Shown here: positions 19,219 through 29,609 of the stretch, one piece after another
How the letters are laid out: the number at the start of each line of letters is the position of its first letter
Position numbering within the stretch: position 1 is the first letter of the stretch
Assembly (NCBI GenBank): GCA_963752155.1
Contig: CAVVXH010000002.1
Coordinates: forward strand, 224,001-288,000
Source: an uncultured Parachlamydiaceae bacterium
GTDB taxonomy: Bacteria; Chlamydiota; Chlamydiia; Chlamydiales; Parachlamydiaceae
Direction: 5' to 3'
DNA: 64,000 bases
Translations under genes and position numbers: made by a program
Notes under the pieces: model-generated
Told to the model about the DNA's origin: nothing
The model's input: only the letters and a program-made list of their open reading frames with translations
Databases searched by the model: none

Positions 19219-19296
19219 GAAGGACGGCAAGGACGATAACCCAACCCCAGTCTTTGCTTTGTTGCTGTCCTTGCCTGTCGTCCTTGTTGTCCTTGC
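19219..19296. repeat. Family D 9-mer hairpin, degenerate second copy
   Basis: aaggacggcaaggacga ... tcgtccttgttgtccttgc. Confidence 0.75.
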
Positions 19297-19383
19297 ATTT
19301 TTATTATTTACTAAAAAAATGGGTAAGTGTAATAATTATACTGTAGGGTAATGGTTATTCTAAATCAATTAGGAGGTAGCAAT

Positions 19384-21093
19384 ATGGAACCAGCAAGTCC
19401 TGTAGGAAGAGAACCTACAATAGAGCAAAAACAAGATTCAAAAATTAAAGTACAAGGTGGAGAAAGAATTACAAAGGGTGCTATACAAGATAACACAACG
19501 GATAAAATTCCTACTGAAGTTCCTTCAAATTTGGAAAAGTCAGCTAAGAATATAATCGCTAATGAAGTATTAAATAATAAAAAATATTTTGAAAGTGTTT
19601 CTATTTTAAAAAATTTTAAAGATAAAGTAAAAACATTAAGCCGTGGATTAGAAGATCTTGAAAAAATGAAAGCTAATGAAAATGAATTTAAAAATAAATT
19701 GTTAAAAGCGACTAGTGAACTGAATGAATTGAAGCCAGAAGATTACGGATATCAAGAAACAACGTATGCTCAAGAGCAATATGCAATTGTATTCAATGAA
19801 AATGAATATTATACCAAGTTACCTAGTATGTCAAAAGAAGAAATCAATAGTGAATTAAGTCAAGTTAACTTTGATTTAAAAATATTGTCTTCCAAGTCTA
19901 TATTGGATAACAAATTGAGCTCAAATGAAAAATTAGATTTAGAAAAATTGAATACAAAAAAGAATATCATTGAAGGGGTAATGAATTCTGATTTATCCCC
20001 ATTAAAAGATGAGCAAAAAATGCTCACAGAACAATTAAAAAATTTAGTCAATTTATCTATAGAAGAACAAAAAGAAAAAGAACAAAATATTGCTGGGTTG
20101 GAAGCTATAATTGGTGTCTTAAAGTCAGAAATTGGAAAGAATGCAAAAAGTCAAGAGTTTTTTTTACAAGAATTAACTATAACTTTAGATCAGGCTCGTG
20201 AAGCCGTGGAAATATGGAAACAATCTCCTGAGCCAAAATTAAATTTACAAGAAATGCATGATTTCTATAAGTCTGTATTAGTTTTATCTGAGGAAGTAAA
20301 TGATAAATTGGGATTTGGCTTTAATCCAATAACTCATCTAGTGAAAGCTATTCCAGAGAGTGTAAAGAATTATCAAGCTCCTCCTAATCAGAATTATAGT
20401 TTGAGTGTAACTTTAGGAAATGTTGCAGCTGCTGGCGCAAATTATTTTAGCAGCATGACTTCATCTTATTTAGGTAGTCAAACAGTTAAGCCAGAAATAA
20501 ATACTGCTACTAGTAACTTGATGGCTAAAACATTAATTGCCTATTTCATGAGTGATGAAAAAAACTTTGATCTTGATGGGATATTTCGCATCACAGGTAA
20601 TAAAAAATTAAATCAAGATATATTAGAAAAAATTCAAGAAAAACCTGATGAAATTAGAGAAATTCTCTTGAAAAATACTCCGGACGGATATTCTGTCGCT
20701 AATCTTCTCAACCTCGCAGTTAAGGGGATGAAATTATCAGATGTTAAAGAATTAAAAGAATTTATTGATTCAATAAATCCTAATAGCGAAATAGTTTCAG
20801 AAGAGCAAATTGACAAAATAAAAAATATAGTCAATCAATCGTTGTCTTTAGAACAACAAACGATTCTAAGGTTATATGTAGAATTACTCAATAAAGTTTC
20901 AGAGAAGAGTGAAATAAATCAAATGAATATTAGTAATCTTGTAAAAATAGCTGGTCCTAATATATATTCAATAACTGTTACTCCAGGATTGTCTCCAATG
21001 GATGCAGTCAAGGAAGCTGTGGAAATGGGAAAAAAAGGGGGAATATTTGTCAAAATATTAATGTTAAATCATGATAAAATTTTTACATCCTAA
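19384..21093 (+). CDS. Coiled-coil protein with C-terminal eukaryote-type RhoGAP domain
   Basis: LDGIFRITG (arginine finger), YSVANLL, LLNKVSEKSEINQMNISNLVKIAGPNI; start placed after AGGAGG at 19371. Confidence 0.8.
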   Translation: MEPASPVGREPTIEQKQDSKIKVQGGERITKGAIQDNTTDKIPTEVPSNLEKSAKNIIANEVLNNKKYFESVSILKNFKDKVKTLSRGLEDLEKMKANENEFKNKLLKATSELNELKPEDYGYQETTYAQEQYAIVFNENEYYTKLPSMSKEEINSELSQVNFDLKILSSKSILDNKLSSNEKLDLEKLNTKKNIIEGVMNSDLSPLKDEQKMLTEQLKNLVNLSIEEQKEKEQNIAGLEAIIGVLKSEIGKNAKSQEFFLQELTITLDQAREAVEIWKQSPEPKLNLQEMHDFYKSVLVLSEEVNDKLGFGFNPITHLVKAIPESVKNYQAPPNQNYSLSVTLGNVAAAGANYFSSMTSSYLGSQTVKPEINTATSNLMAKTLIAYFMSDEKNFDLDGIFRITGNKKLNQDILEKIQEKPDEIREILLKNTPDGYSVANLLNLAVKGMKLSDVKELKEFIDSINPNSEIVSEEQIDKIKNIVNQSLSLEQQTILRLYVELLNKVSEKSEINQMNISNLVKIAGPNIYSITVTPGLSPMDAVKEAVEMGKKGGIFVKILMLNHDKIFTS

Positions 21094-21107
21094 ATTCATT
21101 GTGTAAG

Positions 21108-21148
21108 AATTGTATCTCAGTATTCCGACGGAATACTGAGATACAATT
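21108..21148. terminator. Perfect 20-bp-arm hairpin after the RhoGAP gene
   Basis: aattgtatctcagtattccg-a-cggaatactgagatacaatt followed by Ts. Confidence 0.7.
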
Positions 21149-21182
21149 TTTAGCTTGCTTATATCAGGCTCGGGTGCGTTTT

Positions 21183-21546
21183 TCGACCAAAAACCTTGTC
21201 ATTTCTTCCTCCCCCATTTCCGGATCCAAAATTAAGTATGCACCTTTGATCATAACATCCAAAAAATTTTTGGAGTGCGCGTGGCTTTGCCACCGCAGAA
21301 CGCAGCCTCTATACGAGTCATGCCGGCAGGCGTAGCCTCGATAGAACTCAAGCAAGTTTTCTAAACCACTACAACAAATGAGAATTCAAATTGTAACAAC
21401 GATAGTATGAGTTAATGGAGGCAACGTCTACCGGCATGACTCGTATAGAGGCTGCGTTCTGCGGTGGCAAAGCCACGCGCACTCCAAAAATTTTTTGGAT
21501 GTTATGATCAAAGGTGCATACTTAATTTGAAGTCACGTATTTTGGA
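21183..21546. repeat. Palindromic element family B, copy 1
   Basis: About 110-bp inverted arms containing ttggagtgcgcgtggctttgccaccgcagaacgcagcctctatacgagtcatgccgg around a conserved loop of about 80 nt. Confidence 0.95.
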
Positions 21547-21611
21547 AGGGAATTGCTTATTTTTGATAGTTCTGAAACAAATCTAAATTATTTAAGAAAT
21601 GATTCGGAAGA

Positions 21612-22175
21612 TCATAATACGTATCGTTTTAATGAAATCAAAATTGAATTGCTCCTTAAGTTTTGTTTAAAAAACATACATCGGTACTCGAAACTGGCAT
21701 CAGTGCCTTCAAAGATTTGAAGACTTGTTCCTGCAATTATTTGCCATGCAATATCACCATCACGATGAATCGATGAAGAATGATGGGAGCTATGTGTTTT
21801 GCATAAAATACCGTATCCTAAGCCTACACCAACATATGGAGTCCATTTGGCCCCAAAATTAAAATCGCTGTAAACGTTGCTTATGATTGAATATAATTCT
21901 TCATTTTCATTGGCCCTATAGGCAAATTCTCCTTCAGCACGAAAACAATTTGTAGATTTATATCCCATACACAACCCTCCCAGAAAGCCGGGTTTCCTTT
22001 TTGGGGTTGCGTTGAGTCCTACAAAACTTCCTAAATAAAGACCCTGATAATCTCGATAACAGCCCTCGTTTTCTTCGCAACACCCTAAATATTTTACACT
22101 CTGAGTGACGCATTCTTTTCCCTGCAGCCCTGTGAATGTTGATAGTGTAAATAATGCAAGGATAAATTTTTTCAC
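21612..22175 (-). CDS. Outer-membrane beta-barrel protein (OmpA/opacity-like)
   Basis: GTG start MKKFILALFTLSTFTGLQG after AAAGGA; FRAEGEFAYR, TPYVGVGLGY, AWQIIAG, FEYR. Confidence 0.8.
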   Translation of the reverse strand: MKKFILALFTLSTFTGLQGKECVTQSVKYLGCCEENEGCYRDYQGLYLGSFVGLNATPKRKPGFLGGLCMGYKSTNCFRAEGEFAYRANENEELYSIISNVYSDFNFGAKWTPYVGVGLGYGILCKTHSSHHSSSIHRDGDIAWQIIAGTSLQIFEGTDASFEYRCMFFKQNLRSNSILISLKRYVL

Positions 22176-22336
22176 GAAACAATCCTTTTTTTGGATTTTT
22201 GAACAATCAGACCACATTGCCCAGGAACTAAGCGCTGAAGCCTTACGCTACGTATAGGGACCATGTGGAACAAGTTGTGTTATATGCTTAATGGCAATAT
22301 TATTCAATGAAAAAACTTGGAAAAAATAGGTGTCGG

Positions 22337-22713
22337 TTAGGGATTTCGGAATTGAGGAAAAAGTCGTATAGCGTAAAGGGGATAATTGATTATTTTACCA
22401 TCATGAGCAAAATTTCTCAAGGAGGCCCTTGAAAGGACTGTAGAGGAATTTTCTTCCTTTGAAAACTTTTCATCGTAGACTAAGAGACTTTTCTTTTTTT
22501 TAGAAATACTTTGACTTCAAGAGGAAAGATTTGTTGTTCTGTTGAAATGAGGTTCTTCGTCAAAGTTGATATAAATGTTGTCGGCATATTCTTTTTTTGC
22601 AAACGCTTTCAAAAGATAAGTTTTGCCGACTTGGCGCGCACCTCGTAGAACTAAAGTTTTCTCAAAGGTAAAGCTTTCCATTGAAGCAATTTTTTATAAA
22701 ATTCTCGTTCCAT
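22337..22713 (-). pseudogene. Internally deleted AAA/DUF4143 ATPase remnant
   Basis: MEREFYKKLLQWK...LVLRGARQVGKTYLLKAF...YINFDE joined near 22543 to IFPLEVK...KSLLVY...NFAHDGKIINYPLYAI stop. Confidence 0.75.
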
Positions 22714-22827
22714 ACTATCAATTTACAGAAATCAAGATTTATTTGCAACATATGTTGCTAAAACGTGAAAATTTTACAAAAGTATGTGAAGATTTTTGTC
22801 ATAATTCACGAAATTAATTTGTTCTCC

Positions 22828-23222
22828 GCGGCGCCCCCTATTGGGAAAAAACAAATTTTTAAAGCGCCTTGCCATTGGTGCCTGACCTGATATTCTGACA
22901 TTTGCCGATGCGATAACATTGCTTCCTAAAGGGCAAATGTCAGAATGTCAGGTCTGGAACCAAGGCTGAAACGTTACCCCCAAGATTTACGCAACTGAAA
23001 AAAGCGTCGTTTTCAATTAATAACAAGATACTAAATTCTGAGAGGTAACGTTTAGTCTTGGTTCCAGACCTGACATTCTGACATTTGCCCTCCTGGGAGG
23101 TTACGTTATCATTGTACGCAAATGTCAGAATATCAGGTCAGGCACCAATGGCAAGGCGCTTTAAAAATTTGTTATTTCCCAATAGGGGGCGCCGTAGGCA
23201 ACTGTCTCGCTTTGCGTTTAAT
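22828..23222. repeat. Palindromic element family A, copy 2 (left end truncated)
   Basis: Near-identical to copy 1 core, same orientation. Confidence 0.95.
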
Positions 23223-23366
23223 TTTTTCCTATACTTTAATACCCTTTTCATATGCTCTGCTTCAGGTAAATTTTCTGCTCACGCTGATTCATTTTGGTTG
23301 GATTTTTTTTCCAAATTGATTACTGTCAAATTTTTGTGGAAGACTCCAATAAGTAGTGGTGGCAAG

Positions 23367-23456
23367 ATGACAACACAGTTTATTTTGGCCGGAATTTTGA
23401 CAATTATAGTGTTGATCTATCTTGTCTACTCTCTACTTTATCCAGAGAAATTTTAA
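23367..23456 (+). CDS. kdpF: K+-transporting ATPase subunit F
   Basis: MTTQFILAGILTIIVLIYLVYSLLYPEKF, typical YLxYxLxxPEKF end, directly before kdpA. Confidence 0.9.
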   Translation: MTTQFILAGILTIIVLIYLVYSLLYPEKF

Positions 23457-23476
23457 GTTTAAGATTGGAGCTTCTT

Positions 23477-25165
23477 ATGCAGTTAGAGTGGGCTCAACTT
23501 CTTTTTTTTATCGGACTGTTTGTTTGCCTTACACCCATTCTCGGCACATACATGGCGAATGTTTTTACTGGGAAAGCCACGTGGGCTTATCGTATTTTAG
23601 GATGGTTGGAAAATTTCAGTTATCGTATTGCAGGAATCAATCCCAAAGTGGAAATGTCTTGGGTAGATTATGCAAAATCTCTTTTGCTCTTTAATTTTTT
23701 CGGATTCTTAGCTCTATTTTTTCTTCAACTGTTTCAGAGTCATTTACCCTTAAATCCACAAAATTTTGGGGCTATCTCATGGCCGTTAGCTTACAACACA
23801 GCCATAAGCTTTACGACAAATACCAATTGGCAATCTTATGCCGGAGAAGCTACTTTGAGCTATCTAAGCCAAATGTTAGGGCTGACGTCACAGAATTTCC
23901 TGAGTGCTGCTACGGGGATGGCAACCTTACTGTGTTTAACCAGAGGGCTTATTAGAAAATCAGTTGAGACGATAGGAAATTTCTGGGTCGATCTTGTCCG
24001 CATGGTTGTCTATCTTTTGCTCCCTTTTTCGATCATCCTCTCTGTCGCATTAATTGGAGAAGGAGTTATACAGACTTATTCTCCATATGTGGAAATAACA
24101 ACACTGGAAAATGGGAAACAGACAATCCCGTTAGGTCCGGTAGCCTCTCAAATTGCCATCAAACAGCTAGGCACTAATGGAGGAGGGTTTTTTAATGCGA
24201 ATAGTGCGCATCCATTTGAAAATCCTACTTCATTTTCAAATTTTCTTGAAATGTTAGCGATCATTCTCATTCCGGCAGGTACTGTTTACACATACGGGAT
24301 CTTAACTGAAGACAAAAAACATGCCTGTTTAATCTTTTTTGCGATGTTTGCTCTTTGGGGTATTGGAATTTTGATTTCTTTTGTTTCAGAACATATAGAC
24401 AACCCCGTCATGGGTGTTTATCCGGTTTTAGAAGGGCAAGAAACTCGGTTAGGCACGACGAATAGTTTACTTTGGACAGTGACGACGACTGCAACAGCCA
24501 ATGGTTCAGTCAATGCCATGTTATCTAGCCTCTATCCACTTGTAGGTGGGATTGCCATGTTCAACATCATGTTGGGAGAACTTATTTTCGGCGGAATAGG
24601 CGTAGGACTTTGTAGTATGATCATGTTGACCCTGCTGACAGTATTTTTGTCAGGGTTGATGGTCGGAAGAACACCCGAGTATCTGGGTAAAAAAATCGAA
24701 AAACGGGAAATGCAATGGGTCGTGATGGCTGTCCTCATGCCAAGCGCTTTGATTTTAATTGGAGCTGGAATTTCCTGTGTTTTACCTGAAGCTCTTTCCA
24801 GTTTAGGAAATCAAGGACCCCACGGTCTCTCAGAAATACTATACGCCTTTACATCCTGTGCAGGAAACAATGGCAGCGCCTTTTCAGGATTAAATGCAAA
24901 CACCGATTATTATAACTTAGCGTTGGGGACTGTGATGCTATTTGGAAGAATTTCAATTATTTTGCCGAGTTTAGCGATTGCCGGGTCATTGGCTAAGAAA
25001 AAAATCACACCATGTTCTCTAGGTACATTTTCAACTAGTTCATTGTTATTTTTAATTTTATTGTTAGGTGTCATTTTTATCATTGGAGCCTTGACTTTTT
25101 TCCCAGCATTGTCTTTAGGACCTATTGTGGAACACCTATTAATGATTAAGGGTAAGTCTTTTTAA
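23477..25165 (+). CDS. kdpA: K+-transporting ATPase subunit A
   Basis: NTNWQSY, IKQLGTNGGGFFNANSAHPFENP, LMVGRTPEYLGKKI, GNNGSAF; ATG after GGAG. Confidence 0.97.
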   Translation: MQLEWAQLLFFIGLFVCLTPILGTYMANVFTGKATWAYRILGWLENFSYRIAGINPKVEMSWVDYAKSLLLFNFFGFLALFFLQLFQSHLPLNPQNFGAISWPLAYNTAISFTTNTNWQSYAGEATLSYLSQMLGLTSQNFLSAATGMATLLCLTRGLIRKSVETIGNFWVDLVRMVVYLLLPFSIILSVALIGEGVIQTYSPYVEITTLENGKQTIPLGPVASQIAIKQLGTNGGGFFNANSAHPFENPTSFSNFLEMLAIILIPAGTVYTYGILTEDKKHACLIFFAMFALWGIGILISFVSEHIDNPVMGVYPVLEGQETRLGTTNSLLWTVTTTATANGSVNAMLSSLYPLVGGIAMFNIMLGELIFGGIGVGLCSMIMLTLLTVFLSGLMVGRTPEYLGKKIEKREMQWVVMAVLMPSALILIGAGISCVLPEALSSLGNQGPHGLSEILYAFTSCAGNNGSAFSGLNANTDYYNLALGTVMLFGRISIILPSLAIAGSLAKKKITPCSLGTFSTSSLLFLILLLGVIFIIGALTFFPALSLGPIVEHLLMIKGKSF

Positions 25166-25174
25166 GGGGATTTT

Positions 25175-27274
25175 ATGAAATGCAAGCGGACAAGTTTTCT
25201 TAATTTTCAAATGATCATGGAGTCTTTAAAAGATGCTGTTTTGATGTTAACGCCCCGCATTCAGATTCGAAATCCTGTCATGTTCGTGACCTATTTAGGA
25301 GCCATCACTTCCACTGTGTGTGTCATTCAAGAGCTGTTTACTCATTCTATTTCATGGTTTAATATTCAAATTACCATTTGGCTTTGGTTTACGGTTATTT
25401 TTGCAAACTTTGCTGAAGCCCTCGCAGAAAGCCGAGGTAAATCTCAGGCTGCAAGCCTACGAAAGACAAAAATTGATGCATATGCAAGACAAAATCGAAA
25501 CGGAGTTGAAATTAAAATTCCATCCTCTGAACTCAAACGGGATGACATTATCATTTGTGAGGCAGGAGATGTGATTCCAGCTGACGGAGAAGTGATTGAA
25601 GGGATTGCCTCCGTTGATGAGGCTGCAATCACAGGAGAGTCTGCTCCGGTAGTTCGGGAAAGCGGGGGGGATAGAAGTGCCGTCACAGCAGGCACTAAAA
25701 TTTTAAGCGATCGACTGAAAATTAAGGTCACGTCAGATCCAGGGCATAGCTTTTTAGACAAAATGATTAATTTGATTGAAGGAGCAAAAAGAATACGTAC
25801 TCCTAACGAAATTGCGCTCCATATTGTTCTTTCAGCGTTGACGATTGTTTTTCTTCTAGCTACAGCCTCTTTAAAGGCTTTTGGGGAATATAGTGGCCAT
25901 GCAGCCAACCAAGATTTGTCGCATGTTCTTACTATTCCTATATTGGTTGCTTTGCTTGTTTGTTTGATTCCCACCACAATCAGCGCATTATTAAGTGCTG
26001 TGGGAATTGCCGGAATAGATCGTTTGATACAACATAATGTGATAGCAACCAGCGGTCGTGCTGTTGAAGCTGCTGGAGATGTGAATTTGCTGATATTGGA
26101 TAAAACAGGGACGATCACTATTGGCAATCGTATGGCAACAGTTTTTTTGCCTGTTACAGGTATTTCTGAAAAAGAATTTGCCACAATTGCACAGCTTGCG
26201 TCGTTATCAGATGAAACCCCTGAAGGTCGATCCATTGTTGTTTTGGCAAAAAAACTGCACGATCTAAGAGCGGAGTCTCTGGATACATCTAATTCAGTAT
26301 TTATTCCTTTTACAGCTATAACTCGTATGAGTGGAGTAGATTTTAAGGATAATCGGGGAAATGTCATTCGTCGTATCCGCAAAGGAGCAGCCTCCGCTGT
26401 GCGTAAACATATTGAGAGTTTAGGTGGAATCTATCCTCAGCAGCTTGATGCTGCGATTCTATCGATCTCCAACACAGGAGGAACCCCTCTGTTAGTGAGC
26501 GATAACGATAAAATTGTTGGGATTATCCATTTGAAAGATATCGTTAAAGGGGGAATTAGAGAAAAATTCTCAGAAATGAGAAACATGGGAATTCGAACGG
26601 TGATGATTACCGGAGATAACTCCATGACAGCAGCTGCAATCGCAGCGGAAGCCGGAGTGGATGAATATATTGCTGAAGCTACACCTGAAATGAAATTGGC
26701 AAAAATTCGAACAGAGCAAGAAGGGGGACAACTAGTGGCGATGACAGGAGATGGGACGAATGATGCTCCTGCGTTAGCACAGGCAAATGTCGGCGTAGCG
26801 ATGAATACCGGAACTCAAGCTTCAAGAGAAGCGGGCAATATGGTTGACTTGGATAGCAATCCAACTAAACTGATCGATATTGTTGAAATTGGTAAGCAAA
26901 TGTTGATGACGAGAGGAGCGTTAACCACTTTTAGTATCGCGAACGACGTTGCTAAGTACTTTGCTATTATTCCCGCTATCTTTGGAACTCTTTATTTAGT
27001 TCCTCATAATTCCCATCCTGGCCCATTATCTGTGCTAAACGTAATGATGTTAAATTCTCATCAAAGTGCAATTTTGAGTGCCGTGATCTTTAATGCCTTG
27101 ATTATTGTTGCTTTGATTCCCCTGGCTTTGCGAGGGATTCAATACAGGGCGCAGTCTGCGAATATTCTTTTAAGAAATAACATTCTTATTTACGGATTGG
27201 GAGGGATCATCACCCCTTTTATTGGAATTAAACTCATCGATCTTGTGATTACTTTCATTGGTTTGGTCGATTAA
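25175..27274 (+). CDS. kdpB: K+-transporting P-type ATPase subunit B
   Basis: [52 protein letters not shown]. Confidence 0.97.
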   Translation: MKCKRTSFLNFQMIMESLKDAVLMLTPRIQIRNPVMFVTYLGAITSTVCVIQELFTHSISWFNIQITIWLWFTVIFANFAEALAESRGKSQAASLRKTKIDAYARQNRNGVEIKIPSSELKRDDIIICEAGDVIPADGEVIEGIASVDEAAITGESAPVVRESGGDRSAVTAGTKILSDRLKIKVTSDPGHSFLDKMINLIEGAKRIRTPNEIALHIVLSALTIVFLLATASLKAFGEYSGHAANQDLSHVLTIPILVALLVCLIPTTISALLSAVGIAGIDRLIQHNVIATSGRAVEAAGDVNLLILDKTGTITIGNRMATVFLPVTGISEKEFATIAQLASLSDETPEGRSIVVLAKKLHDLRAESLDTSNSVFIPFTAITRMSGVDFKDNRGNVIRRIRKGAASAVRKHIESLGGIYPQQLDAAILSISNTGGTPLLVSDNDKIVGIIHLKDIVKGGIREKFSEMRNMGIRTVMITGDNSMTAAAIAAEAGVDEYIAEATPEMKLAKIRTEQEGGQLVAMTGDGTNDAPALAQANVGVAMNTGTQASREAGNMVDLDSNPTKLIDIVEIGKQMLMTRGALTTFSIANDVAKYFAIIPAIFGTLYLVPHNSHPGPLSVLNVMMLNSHQSAILSAVIFNALIIVALIPLALRGIQYRAQSANILLRNNILIYGLGGIITPFIGIKLIDLVITFIGLVD

Positions 27275-27460
27275 GGACCCGGGCAAGAATAATTTGGCTA
27301 TGTTCACCTGTACACGAGAAACTTTCGCTCAATTATTTCTCCTCTGTGTTCTCTGTGATCTCTGTGGTAAAAAAAATCTACCACAGAGATCACAGAGAAC
27401 ACAGAGGAGGAATAATTGAGCGAAGAAGTGAACAAGGCTAATTATTCTTGCCCGGGTCCT
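27274..27460. repeat. Palindromic element family C, copy 1, with an extra outer shell
   Basis: aggacccgggcaagaataatt / aattattcttgcccgggtcct enclosing ctctgtgttctctgtgatctctgtggta / taccacagagatcacagagaacacagag. Confidence 0.93.
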
Positions 27461-28196
27461 AAACAGGCAATGTGTTGTAGACCGGTCGTTTTCTGAGAAG
27501 AGCAATCACCTCAGCTACTTCTTCAGGAACCAATTTAAAATCATTTAAAGGATTTGAAATGTTATAAATATATAAAATCTCGGTGATCGGACGAAATCGC
27601 TTCCCGGCCATTTCGACCATAGGCCACATCATCGCTGCATCGCCCCCACATCGAAAATAGTTTCCTTCTTCGTCTCGCAAATCCCCATCCAAGATGTGTC
27701 TCCAAAGGAAGTACTTAAAAGTTTTTAAATGTGTGAAGATAAAGGGATGATTTCTGAATTGTTTGTTTGTGATGACTTCTTCAGGCAACTCTGTAGGGTT
27801 TCCAGTAAATGACGGTGGATAGGTGACATAATTTCCATAAGTTAAGTCAATGGACCCCTCACGATAAACTTTCGCTACTCTTTCCAACACTTGGCTATCA
27901 TATAAACAATCATCGCCATCGACTATAACAATCACATCATCATCTTCACATTTTAATTCTGCGATTCCATTGATAATGTTATGAAGAACACCAAGGTTTG
28001 TGGAATTGAAAATCCTTTTCCAGTTGTTGTGACGACAGAATAGGTCAATGATTTCTCTCTGACCTTCTAATGTAGAAGCGTCATCGATGACACAAACATC
28101 CTTCAAGGGATAAGTTTGCATCTCAATGGATGCTAAACACTTTTCAATCCATTCAGGAGAGTTAAATGAAGGAACAATGACTTTAAAACGTACCAT
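27459..28196 (-). CDS. Glycosyltransferase family 2
   Basis: VIVPSFN, IDDAST, IVDGDD, HLKTF, LYIYN. Confidence 0.88.
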   Translation of the reverse strand: MVRFKVIVPSFNSPEWIEKCLASIEMQTYPLKDVCVIDDASTLEGQREIIDLFCRHNNWKRIFNSTNLGVLHNIINGIAELKCEDDDVIVIVDGDDCLYDSQVLERVAKVYREGSIDLTYGNYVTYPPSFTGNPTELPEEVITNKQFRNHPFIFTHLKTFKYFLWRHILDGDLRDEEGNYFRCGGDAAMMWPMVEMAGKRFRPITEILYIYNISNPLNDFKLVPEEVAEVIALLRKRPVYNTLPV

Positions 28197-28200
28197 GAAT

Positions 28201-29496
28201 TTAATTTAAACCCATGGAAAGTAGTGTCTTTAGGAGTTCACACATATAGACGTGATCTAAAAGGCTTCCAGTTTCTCTAATGGCATGCATTCCCCAAATG
28301 GGAGCTCCGATGTCCACAGAGCGAATTCCTAAGTTTGGAGCTGCAATGTTGCCAATGGTACTACCGCATTGAGTATCGGACCTAATGCAAAAGTCTTGAA
28401 TAGGAACGGAGGATAAGATTCCGGCATGTTTGATCCAAGCCGCTGTTGGAGATGTCGTAGAATAGTTTTGATTTGCATGAGTTTTGATGACAGGTCCATG
28501 CCCAAGCAAAGGAGCATGGTTTGGCTCGTGTTTTCCGAAATAGTTAGGATGTCGCCCATGAGCAGCGTCAACAGAGATCAGTCCTGAATTTGCCTTTAAT
28601 TGAATGAGCTCATGAAAGCTCATTTTTGTTGAATCTGCAATGAATGTAAGTACAGACTCTAAAAAATTTGAGGCCGCTCCGTTATAGGTGGAGGATCCAA
28701 TTTCTTCGTGATCCCAGCAGACAACGATCTTTAAATGAGTTTTTTCTGGGTTGGATGATTTTAAAAGAGCGTATATAGAGGCGTGAGTGCCTAGAAGATT
28801 ATCTAGTCTTTGCGAATTGAGAAATTGGTCATTCATGATTTCAGGTAGTTCACGAGGGACTAAAAAAAGCTCATGGCTCAATAGCTTTTTAAAGGGAACA
28901 ATTTTCTTTAATTCTTCTTCAAATTGAAGGGAGCCTTCTCCTGTATTTAACCAATAGACCGCTGGAAGATGTTCTTGTGCATTGATTTCAACTTTGTCTT
29001 TTTGAGTCCGCTCTAGATGAATGGCTAGATAGGGAATTGTGGCTATGGTTTTACCTAGATCAATCAACGCATTTTTTCGCTCATTTTGCTCATCTAAATA
29101 GTCTATCCGTCCTGCAAGACCCAAGCTTCTGCCCATCCAAGAGGGAATAATCAGTCCTCCGTAGGTTTCAGGGCAAAGCAATGTTGTATTGTCGACAGAT
29201 TTTATCGGATTGGGTTTGAGTTTAAGACCGGGGCTGTCAGTGTGTGCTCCTAAAATGGATGCGCTAGTTGGTTTGTCTAGAGGTAGGACAATAGCAATGA
29301 AAGAGGAGATGTCCCTTGAGATGAAATATTTTTCTCCTAGGATAAGGACACATTCTTGATTTTCATATATTTCGATAAATCCATTTTTGACAAATAAGTG
29401 ACGTGCAGCGGCCCCAGCGTGCCATGCAGTAGGTGATTTTTTGATAAATTCTATTAGATCTCTTATTTCATCTTTTGCAGAAAGGTCGTCTTTCAT
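28201..29496 (-). CDS. M18 family (aspartyl) aminopeptidase
   Basis: GAHTDSP, LAIHL, RLDNL, DHEEIGS, DAAHGRHPNY, CGSTIG, GMHAIRE. Confidence 0.93.
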   Translation of the reverse strand: MKDDLSAKDEIRDLIEFIKKSPTAWHAGAAARHLFVKNGFIEIYENQECVLILGEKYFISRDISSFIAIVLPLDKPTSASILGAHTDSPGLKLKPNPIKSVDNTTLLCPETYGGLIIPSWMGRSLGLAGRIDYLDEQNERKNALIDLGKTIATIPYLAIHLERTQKDKVEINAQEHLPAVYWLNTGEGSLQFEEELKKIVPFKKLLSHELFLVPRELPEIMNDQFLNSQRLDNLLGTHASIYALLKSSNPEKTHLKIVVCWDHEEIGSSTYNGAASNFLESVLTFIADSTKMSFHELIQLKANSGLISVDAAHGRHPNYFGKHEPNHAPLLGHGPVIKTHANQNYSTTSPTAAWIKHAGILSSVPIQDFCIRSDTQCGSTIGNIAAPNLGIRSVDIGAPIWGMHAIRETGSLLDHVYMCELLKTLLSMGLN

Positions 29497-29609
29497 AGTA
29501 CCTCTAGTTGAAGTCTGACTAAATTTTAGCCTTGAGAAGGTTGAAAATCAAGGTTAAAATATACATGCCACAAGAGCATATGAAAACAGAACAAATTTTT
29601 TAATCTGGC

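Noticed and set aside
23222..23250. KdpE-box-like T-rich tract before kdpF
   Set aside because: tttcctatactt also flanks family A copies 3 and 4, so it is part of the element end
23085..23456. 123-aa ORF as an extended KdpF
   Set aside because: The extension starts at TTG inside family A; the 29-aa ORF from ATG 23367 fits KdpF
25444..26382. 312-aa minus-strand ORF
   Set aside because: Antisense shadow of kdpB with no recognisable motifs
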